The position numbers and the translations under genes are program-made. The notes below the pieces were generated by a model, which saw only the letters and a list, made by a program, of their open reading frames with translations, was not told the DNA's origin and ran no database searches. From Gammaproteobacteria bacterium (GTDB taxonomy: Bacteria > Pseudomonadota > Gammaproteobacteria > Eutrophobiales > Eutrophobiaceae): a stretch of DNA of 64,000 nucleotides. The stretch spans positions 2,752,001 to 2,816,000 of the forward strand of contig OZ244905.1 of the NCBI GenBank assembly GCA_965221695.1, read 5' to 3'. Shown in pieces: positions 39,803 through 47,062 of the stretch (position 1 is the stretch's first letter; the number at the start of each line of letters is the position of its first letter).

Positions 39803-40378
39803 TCAAGCATTGCCAGACCCTTTCAGTTTTTGTCCGGGCCGGTATCCGGAGGTATTGAAAAACACCTGTCCGAGCCAGATCATTCCAAGTATAAGGCCCA
39901 GTATGATAAGCAGATTTCCGAGTTGCTGTTGTTCGCTTAACAGGTAGTTATTACAAAGCCGATCAGGCGCGACGAGATAGATCCAGCCAAGTCTGAACAG
40001 CATTGCCAGAAATTCGATTTTTACCACCCCCCTGGCTATGAAATGCAGGTTACGCCAGCACAGCCCCAGGGGAATGCCGATCAGTAACGGCACGGAAATG
40101 TATTTCATTAGAGCAACGAACTCGTCATTCACCGACGCATCCAGCCACCTGGGTATCATCCAGAACACGAGAGTAAAACCTGCGAGCAGAACACAGGGGA
40201 TACTGATACTGTTGAGGACGCGGGACATGTGTGGTGTGACTAGCCGGCCTGCCGTGATGCCGGTGAAAATCAGCAGCGGTATTTCAACCAGCACGTGCGT
40301 CAGTAATGAGGCCTCAAGAAATGAACCCATTGGAGTGAGGGCGATGAGCAGCCACAAAACCGAACCGAGCAGGAACAT
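39803..40378 (-). CDS. Membrane protein of the sNOR cluster (orf1-like, putative assembly factor)
   Basis: 5-6 TM segments, FWMIPRWLD, RLCNNYL..EQ; last gene of the oxidase cluster. Confidence 0.7.
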   Translation of the reverse strand: MFLLGSVLWLLIALTPMGSFLEASLLTHVLVEIPLLIFTGITAGRLVTPHMSRVLNSISIPCVLLAGFTLVFWMIPRWLDASVNDEFVALMKYISVPLLIGIPLGLCWRNLHFIARGVVKIEFLAMLFRLGWIYLVAPDRLCNNYLLSEQQQLGNLLIILGLILGMIWLGQVFFNTSGYRPGQKLKGSGNA

Positions 40379-40381
40379 GGT

Positions 40382-40990
40382 TCAGATGAGTGAAGTGATA
40401 TGCCGGATCATTGCGTCTGTGTCATCAACATCGTAAATACCCACAATCTGATGCTTCCTGACCAGGTATATCGCAGTATTGTGTACGTACCCCAGATCAG
40501 GTTCCGGCAGGACAATGACTTCGAGGCTGTCAAGCAGCTCGTCCAATGTCTGCCTGTTCGTGACCCTCAGGGCGGACCATGATCCGGGCTCAGGCGAAAA
40601 CCTGCGCAGGTATGCGGACAGTTGTTCCGGTCCGTCATGGTCATGGTCAAAAGAGACACTTAATAACTGTACTTTTTCAGCATGCCCGGCAGAGGCCAGT
40701 ATTGACTGTAATTGGCTGAACCGGTAGCCCATCGTCATGCATGCGGTCGTGCAACGCGTGAAGATAAAGTCCATGACAAGTACCGGTTTGTCAAAATCGT
40801 GCAGGCTTGCGTGTTTTCCCGTCTCGCGCTGGACTGCAATATCCGGCAGTGACCTAGGTTGGCTCAGTAGTGAGCGCCGGCGCGCGGCTTCGGTAGTCCA
40901 GGTGGTCCAGCCGTCCGTGGCCCAGCCCAGAGTCGCCAGCCCGCCTGCGCTGATGCCGAGCGCCAGGAGTACGCTAACCCACGGCTTCAC
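40382..40990 (-). CDS. senC: SCO1/SenC copper chaperone
   Basis: FIFTRCTTAC (CxxxC), SVSFD...D, conserved His in YVHNTAIYL. Confidence 0.88.
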   Translation of the reverse strand: MKPWVSVLLALGISAGGLATLGWATDGWTTWTTEAARRRSLLSQPRSLPDIAVQRETGKHASLHDFDKPVLVMDFIFTRCTTACMTMGYRFSQLQSILASAGHAEKVQLLSVSFDHDHDGPEQLSAYLRRFSPEPGSWSALRVTNRQTLDELLDSLEVIVLPEPDLGYVHNTAIYLVRKHQIVGIYDVDDTDAMIRHITSLI

Positions 40991-42429
40991 GCTGTACGGG
41001 CATTCCCCATGCCGACCAGGAACCTCAGGGCAAACACCAGCGCAGACAGCGCGATGCCAATTGCCAGTACAGAAGCTGTCTCACTGTAGCTGACCCATTC
41101 CGGCAGGTGAACCGCCCAGCGGCGCGCGACGCTGGCCTGGCCGCTGGCAAGAAAGTTCATGCAGAACGCGGCGCCGGCTAGCAGGTAGACCCAGAATGCA
41201 AGTTTATCAAGCAGTTTGGGGGCGCCGTTCTGGGCAATGTAATACATGAAACCGAACAGCATCGCGACCAGGCCCACGATCAGGTACATGTGGAAATGAC
41301 CAGGGACCCACATGGTATTGTGCATGACCTGGTTGGCTGCAATAGTTCCGTCGATAACGGCCGGTATCACGCCTACCGCCCACCCGAAGATGGATACGAA
41401 TAACAGTCCTGATACCATGTCCCAGCGAAGATTTGACCGGTGCACAAGGGTCAACGCGCCGTACGCGGTCACTACGAGAACCGGCAACCCACTCAGGTAG
41501 GACAGGATCTGTCCCATTAATAACATCCAGGTTGGCATCACGAAATCCATCAGCAGGTGATGTGGGTACACGAACATCACCATGAAAGTCGATGCCGTCC
41601 AGGCTGCAAGAAATACCTTGTTTACTTTCCAGGGACGTCCCGTATATTCTGGCAGGATCTCATAAACTGCGATTACGGCCTGGTAAATGGTCGCATTGAT
41701 AAAGACATGGCCGAAGAAGAAAATAAGATTCTTCGCCAACAGGGCATCGACGCTAAAGGCCGGGTAAAACAGGTTCACGAGGATCATGGTCAATACCACT
41801 GCGCCTGCCAGGATGCCGGCGATATTTATGATCAGCGCCATGGTTGACGCGACCACGCAGGCAGGTGGAAAATCTGTGCTGTTGCCGAATAACTGGGGCC
41901 AGCCGAGACTGCGTGCAAGGTTACCGTATTTCGAGATGATGGCGCGCGCCACATCCAGGTACAACAACAGGAAGCCGACGCCAATCAGGAGCAGGCCAAT
42001 CAGGAACGATGCCGCGCCGCTTACATCCCACAAGCCCATGCCGTGGGACGGCAGCGGAAACAGGAAGGTCCAGGCGCCACCGTATCCGCCCAGGAAGATA
42101 CCTCCCAGGATCAGGACGACGCCGAGCAGGAAAAAGGCCAGGTTGGCCCATAATATTCCGCTGGTCAGGTTCACATGCCGGCGCAGGAAATACCATAGCA
42201 CGGCGCTCGCAGCGAGACCGGAAATGCCCACCATACCGGCGCCATGCGCGGTCATGATTTGGTAAAAAATATGCGGTGGTATGGTCAGCCATTGCGCCTG
42301 CCCCATGCGCATCAGCAATCCCAGCATCATCATCAACACAAACACCAGGGCGCTGATCCCAAGATAGGAAATAATCGCGTACCGAGCAGATTTACTCATT
42401 GGTGTGATTGAAGCTTCATTTGTCATCAC
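40987..42429 (-). CDS. norY: Heme-copper oxidoreductase subunit I, sNOR type (putative NO reductase)
   Basis: Six His ligands (TAHG, FFGH, PHH, GHFH) present, but H+4 is Asn (HVFIN) instead of the cross-linked Tyr. Confidence 0.8.
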   Translation of the reverse strand: MMTNEASITPMSKSARYAIISYLGISALVFVLMMMLGLLMRMGQAQWLTIPPHIFYQIMTAHGAGMVGISGLAASAVLWYFLRRHVNLTSGILWANLAFFLLGVVLILGGIFLGGYGGAWTFLFPLPSHGMGLWDVSGAASFLIGLLLIGVGFLLLYLDVARAIISKYGNLARSLGWPQLFGNSTDFPPACVVASTMALIINIAGILAGAVVLTMILVNLFYPAFSVDALLAKNLIFFFGHVFINATIYQAVIAVYEILPEYTGRPWKVNKVFLAAWTASTFMVMFVYPHHLLMDFVMPTWMLLMGQILSYLSGLPVLVVTAYGALTLVHRSNLRWDMVSGLLFVSIFGWAVGVIPAVIDGTIAANQVMHNTMWVPGHFHMYLIVGLVAMLFGFMYYIAQNGAPKLLDKLAFWVYLLAGAAFCMNFLASGQASVARRWAVHLPEWVSYSETASVLAIGIALSALVFALRFLVGMGNARTA

Positions 42430-42476
42430 AATACCCCCAAACCCGGATTTCTCACCAGGTCGCTAGTTGACATTTT

Positions 42477-43001
42477 TCACTTGACGATGAAAGGAATGAT
42501 CATCGCATGGTGGGACAGACCGCAGTATTCCATACACATCAACCTGTACTGGCCTGGCTCGTTGAACGTGTATTTCAGCTTGTTTTCGTACCCGGGCATC
42601 GCCTGTGTCTGGGCCAGTAAACGCAGTTCACTGTCGTAAATTCCCATACCATGATTGACATCCTCGGTGGTGACGTTGAATATCACGGTAGCGCCGGCCT
42701 CAACCTGGTTTTGACTCAGTTGCCAGAACCATTGTCTTCCGATCGCATCGATTTCTACGGCATCTGCAGTTATCTCACCGCGTGTCGTCGCATATGGCAA
42801 CACCTGGGTGGTAGCAAAGAAGATAACGACCCCGGCGACAAGCAGTGTCCAGAAGAGTTTCGCCCTGAAACTCAATGCGCGTGTCAGTACCGTATCATAA
42901 TCCGGAACGGTTTTTGACGTGTTGACGGCGACATAAATGAAAACGGCCGCGATGATGGCCATAAATGAGAGTGATATAAGCCAGACAGTCTCTTGAATCA
43001 T
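42477..43001 (-). CDS. norS: CuA-containing subunit II, sNOR type
   Basis: DVNHG...AMPG...CMEYCGLSHHAM CuA motif; two N-terminal TM helices. Confidence 0.8.
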   Translation of the reverse strand: MIQETVWLISLSFMAIIAAVFIYVAVNTSKTVPDYDTVLTRALSFRAKLFWTLLVAGVVIFFATTQVLPYATTRGEITADAVEIDAIGRQWFWQLSQNQVEAGATVIFNVTTEDVNHGMGIYDSELRLLAQTQAMPGYENKLKYTFNEPGQYRLMCMEYCGLSHHAMIIPFIVK

Positions 43002-43041
43002 CAGTCTTCCCCCAGAGTGGACTTAACGCCGAACTCTTATT

Positions 43042-44754
43042 TTATTGCCGCCACCAGCCGGCAGCGAACTCGTTGACTTCCCGGGCGCGGAAGCGCGCCA
43101 CACGGTTACTCGGTTCCAGCGCCTCGGTATAGAAGAACTCGGGAAGTTCATCGTCCGCTTCAGTAAAGCCGGCAGCCCGATTGAATTCCCGCTCCAGGCG
43201 CAAGGTCTCCCGACCCAGTTCGCGGAAGAAGGACGGTTCCAGTTCAGTCCCGACCGCGCTGTTGATGGCGTCGGTGATCAGTTCCAGTTGGGTGTTGGTC
43301 ACGGTACGCCCGAACACGCAAAATCCAAGAGAATCCGTTGCCGCGGTGACTACCTGCGCATCGTGGCTGGCGCCGGCTATCTCATCCAAGGACTTGTCGG
43401 CGGTCTCCATCTTGGGGACGTTGCCGGCGGTATGGTCCGCGCCCTGGGCCGTGAGCATCATGGTAATGCCGGTGGCCTCGATCACGCGCGGGTCATAGGC
43501 GCTGATGGCCTGGCGTTTGATGACCGGCACTCGTTCAACCCCATAGTGTTCACCCACGGCCGCGGTGCCGCCGGCCCAGAGACGGCCTTGCTCGGTTCCC
43601 GCGCGTACCTGTTCCAGCACATCCGTGACGAAGTCCACATCGCCAAATTCGCCCAGGCCGGCCTCCATCAGTACCCCGACCATTGCGCCGGCTTCGATGG
43701 TGTCGATGCCGAGATCGTTGGCGACGGCATTCAGCCGGGCCAGGTCATCGGGTTCCTTGATACCGCAATTGGTCCCCAGCAACCCCAGCGTTTCGTACTC
43801 GACCGGCGACACGATCTCATTGCCGTCGGCATCGGCATAGACATTGCTGCAGCGGATCAGGCAACCGGGCATGCAGGCATGATCCTGCTCGCCGCCGCGG
43901 GCGATATTCTGCTCGCGGATGAAGTCGCCGCCCATCTTCAGGGTCTCGATATTGGTGTCGACCAGCCGCCCCGAGGAAAAATTGCGCACCGGCAGGCCGC
44001 CCACATGGTTGGTGTAGTCCGCCATCATCGCGGTGCCAAAGCGCTTGTAGCTGTCGATCATCGGGTCTTTGCCCAGTTTTTCCGCATAGTTACGCACCGC
44101 GCCGATGACTTTTTTGCGCTCATGCAGTTGCGGCATCCGATCCAGGTCGGCAACGACGGCTTTCACCTTCTTGCTGCCCATGACCGCGCCGACACCACCG
44201 CGCGCTGCCAGCCTCGCGGGGCGCCGGTCGGTATCGCTGACCGCGATCCCGGCAAGCAGGCCCTGGTATTCGCCAACGGGACCGCACAGGGCCAGGCTCA
44301 CTTTTTTGCCGTATTTTTCATGCAGCAGGGCGGCCGTCTCAAAATTGCCCATACCCATGAAACCCGTAGCCGCATCGAAATTGACACTACCGTCCTTCCT
44401 CAGGTGGATAATCATCCATTCATCGGCGGCGCCGTGCAGGGTAAATCCCGACAGGTGCAACTGGCCCAGCGCCACGCCCAGGGTGCCGCCGGCGTTGGCT
44501 TCCTTGACGCCGCCCGTGAGCGGACTTTTGCAACCGACGCTGGTGCGGTTGGCGTTGGAGAAGTTGGTGCCGGCGAACGGTCCGGCGGAGAAAATCAGCG
44601 GATTTGCCGGTGACAAGGGGTCCACGCCGGCGATATTCTCTTCCAGCAGGGTCTTGGCGATCAGGTAGCGTCCTACGCGCACCAGCTCCTCTCCTTTCTG
44701 CTCAACGGCACGCACGGTCCGGTTCTTAAGGTCGATATGCAGATAATTACGCAT
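43042..44754 (-). CDS. Aldehyde:ferredoxin oxidoreductase family (tungstopterin) enzyme
   Basis: KSPLTGG, ARGGVGAVMGSKKVKA, CMPGCLIRC, EYET, DLGID, DSLGFC, FNRAAG. Confidence 0.9.
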   Translation of the reverse strand: MRNYLHIDLKNRTVRAVEQKGEELVRVGRYLIAKTLLEENIAGVDPLSPANPLIFSAGPFAGTNFSNANRTSVGCKSPLTGGVKEANAGGTLGVALGQLHLSGFTLHGAADEWMIIHLRKDGSVNFDAATGFMGMGNFETAALLHEKYGKKVSLALCGPVGEYQGLLAGIAVSDTDRRPARLAARGGVGAVMGSKKVKAVVADLDRMPQLHERKKVIGAVRNYAEKLGKDPMIDSYKRFGTAMMADYTNHVGGLPVRNFSSGRLVDTNIETLKMGGDFIREQNIARGGEQDHACMPGCLIRCSNVYADADGNEIVSPVEYETLGLLGTNCGIKEPDDLARLNAVANDLGIDTIEAGAMVGVLMEAGLGEFGDVDFVTDVLEQVRAGTEQGRLWAGGTAAVGEHYGVERVPVIKRQAISAYDPRVIEATGITMMLTAQGADHTAGNVPKMETADKSLDEIAGASHDAQVVTAATDSLGFCVFGRTVTNTQLELITDAINSAVGTELEPSFFRELGRETLRLEREFNRAAGFTEADDELPEFFYTEALEPSNRVARFRAREVNEFAAGWWRQ

Positions 44755-44846
44755 GATTTGATAACCTGGGAAAAAATATTTATCTATTATAGTACTAAGG
44801 AAGCATGAAGTGGGGAGGCAGGTAAGTTGGTAAAACTCATTGACAA

Positions 44847-46361
44847 TTACATCTCGCGCCAGTCACAGGACTGCTCAAACGCGTAAGCAGCTCGGTAGAT
44901 TGCCGGTTCATCATAATGTTTCCCCACCAGCATCATCCCGACCGGCAGCCCGTTGCGCAGGCCGCAGGGAACCGACATGGCCGGGTGGCCGGTGATATCG
45001 AACTGGCAGGTGTTGAGCACGGTATTCAACGCCACATGGATAATCTCATCATCGGCGTCCGCCGCGTCAGCCGTCGGGTTTTTGCGCGCCTGCATCAATG
45101 TCGTCGGCAGCAGTAACAGGTCATGGTTCTGCAACGCGTTGTCGTAAGCATGGACCAACCTCGGCAGATGGCTTTTCGCCTTCGCATAATACTTGCCTGC
45201 GTAGCGTTCCAGGTACTTGCCCAGCAACAATACCAGGTGCAGGTTTACCGGAAACTGCGCCAGTTTGTTCTGCCACCCGGACAAGTATTTTTCCAGCGTC
45301 GGCGAACTGAAGCCATTGGTATTCATCGCCAAGCCGTTGTACCGCAGCGTTTCCCAGAGGCCGTCGGTGATAATTGCGCCCCACAGCGAAACCCCGTCCC
45401 GGTGCATGGGAATGGAAATCTCGGACACCTCGGCGCCGAGGCCGGCGAACCGGTCCGCGGCCGCGCGCACACAATGATCCACAACCGGGTCCGACAACGG
45501 GTGCTCGAAGCCTTCCCGGAGCACGGCAATTTTCATACCTTGCGCGTCCTGGCCCAGCGCATCGGTATAGCGCCGCGTCTGTAATTGGCGTTGGCGGCTG
45601 TCCATGCCGTCATAACCGGCAAGGACTTCCAACATCAAAGCGTTGTCGCTGACATTTGCGGTCATCGGACCGACATGGTCGAGCATGGCTTCCATGCCCA
45701 GGATACCCGTGTAGGGCAACAGGCCGAAGCTCGCCTTCATGCCATAAACCCCGCAAAAGCTGGACGGTATGCGTACCGAGCCGGCCTGGTCGCAGCCCAG
45801 CGCCATGTCGACCGCGCCGCCGGCAACCAGCGCGGCGCTGCCGGAGGAAGAACCGCCGGCCGAATATGCGGGATTGTGTGGGTTGCGGACAACCCCGGTG
45901 CTGGCGGTGACGCTGGCGCCGGAAACACAAAGAAATTCACAGACCGCCTTGCCCGTAATCGTCGCGCCGGCGTCGAGCAGCCGGCTTACCACCGTGGCGT
46001 CAAACTCCGGCATGAAACCTTCCATGATCGAAGCGCCGTTCATCATCGGAACCTGCGCCACGAATATATTGTCCTTGATGGCGACCGTGCGCCCGGCGAG
46101 AGGCCCTTCAGCATTACCTGGCAGGTCAGTCTTTACATACCAGGCGCCAAGAGGGTTTTCCTCCGGCGTCGGAAACCGGTAACTGCGTTCCGGATAGCGG
46201 ACCTGCGGCAGGTTGTCTCCCTGTTCATCCAGAAACCGGTAGCCCTCGGCAAACGGCCCTGAGTTTCTGAGCAGGGTTTCCGTTTGCCGGTCATCCAGCG
46301 ACAACCCCATGGCCGCCGCCAGCGTTTTCAATTCTCCCGTGTCAGGCAGTTTGAATGTCAT
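44847..46361 (-). CDS. Amidase (amidase signature family)
   Basis: IKDN, GGSSSGS, GCDQAGSVRIPSSFCG; start set at MTFKLP. Confidence 0.92.
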   Translation of the reverse strand: MTFKLPDTGELKTLAAAMGLSLDDRQTETLLRNSGPFAEGYRFLDEQGDNLPQVRYPERSYRFPTPEENPLGAWYVKTDLPGNAEGPLAGRTVAIKDNIFVAQVPMMNGASIMEGFMPEFDATVVSRLLDAGATITGKAVCEFLCVSGASVTASTGVVRNPHNPAYSAGGSSSGSAALVAGGAVDMALGCDQAGSVRIPSSFCGVYGMKASFGLLPYTGILGMEAMLDHVGPMTANVSDNALMLEVLAGYDGMDSRQRQLQTRRYTDALGQDAQGMKIAVLREGFEHPLSDPVVDHCVRAAADRFAGLGAEVSEISIPMHRDGVSLWGAIITDGLWETLRYNGLAMNTNGFSSPTLEKYLSGWQNKLAQFPVNLHLVLLLGKYLERYAGKYYAKAKSHLPRLVHAYDNALQNHDLLLLPTTLMQARKNPTADAADADDEIIHVALNTVLNTCQFDITGHPAMSVPCGLRNGLPVGMMLVGKHYDEPAIYRAAYAFEQSCDWREM

Positions 46362-46454
46362 AGTTGGTGAGCTGGTTAACTCAGAGTTGTTCTTACTATA
46401 ACAAACCTGTTGGCGCCGGGGAATCAAATACTGACGCATCTGTTGCTTATTTCC

Positions 46455-46524
46455 CTGGGACCGCGGGCGTCCCGCCTGCGTGCGGGCGCAGTCCGCGAGC
46501 CTGATGCGGGTGAGACGCCCGCGC
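46455..46524. repeat. REP-like inverted doublet
   Basis: CGCGGGCGTCCCGCCTGC and inverted GCGGGTGAGACGCCCGCG (15/18 match); right copy ends at the solo MITE. Confidence 0.55.
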
Positions 46525-46530
46525 AATTAG

Positions 46531-46559
46531 GGAAGCTCTGAGATTAAGTCAGAGCTTCC
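46531..46559. repeat. 29-bp solo terminal hairpin of the IS5-type MITE family
   Basis: GGAAGCTCTGA-GATTAAG-TCAGAGCTTCC, perfect 11-bp arms, TTAG on both sides. Confidence 0.8.
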
Positions 46560-46563
46560 TTAG

Positions 46564-46878
46564 TCCGAATATCTCACCAATTGATGCGATGATCGCTGAG
46601 GATTTATTGATGCGCCCCATCCGTGGGGCGCCCCCTTCGGGCATCCTTCGGATGTCCAAATCCGCTCCAGGCGGATTTGTGCGTCAGTACGCGGGCGCTC
46701 GTGACCGAAACCATAGTGGTTCTTCTGGTTGAGGGAACATGTGCCCGCTAACGCAAAAAAGACCAGTGAGGGCGCATCAAGCGCAGTGTGTAATGGCAAA
46801 ATACTCGGCAGATTATCACAACTCATTGACAGCAAACATCTACCCGATGCTGACAAGCGAATTGGTGAGATATTCGGG
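46564..46878. mobile_element. 315-bp non-autonomous TIR element (second MITE family)
   Basis: TCCGAATATCTCACCAATT ... AATTGGTGAGATATTCGGG (18/19 inverted), TTAG at 46560-46563 and 46879-46882; nested hairpin block at 46612-46680. Confidence 0.75.
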
Positions 46879-46896
46879 TTAGGTTAAGCGGCAAAA

Positions 46897-46925
46897 TTGG
46901 TCGGGGTCAACTATACTGTTATAAT
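46897..46925 (+). promoter_or_regulatory. Putative sigma70 promoter for the TBDR
   Basis: TTGGTC-N17-TATAAT with TG extension. Confidence 0.5.
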
Positions 46926-46975
46926 GCTTGCAGAAGCTTCTGACTGTGTCGCCCGCGGGGCGACCCATTGTTTCA

Positions 46976-47002
46976 CTGGATTCCTGCTATCGCGGGAATG
47001 GT
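46976..47002 (-). repeat. dRS3/REP-like palindrome
   Basis: Reverse complement ACCATTCCCGCGATAGCAGGAATCCAG matches 52853-52879 at 25/27. Confidence 0.7.
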
Positions 47003-47062
47003 GTGGGGCGCAAGTCAGTTAGTACAATCTATACAGCAAATGACCTGCGGGAGTGTATTGTG

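Noticed and set aside
40987-42429. Ordinary aa3/ba3/cbb3 cytochrome c oxidase
   Set aside because: There is no Tyr at His+4 in helix VI, no subunit III and no CcoO/CcoP cytochromes. The features fit sNOR better.
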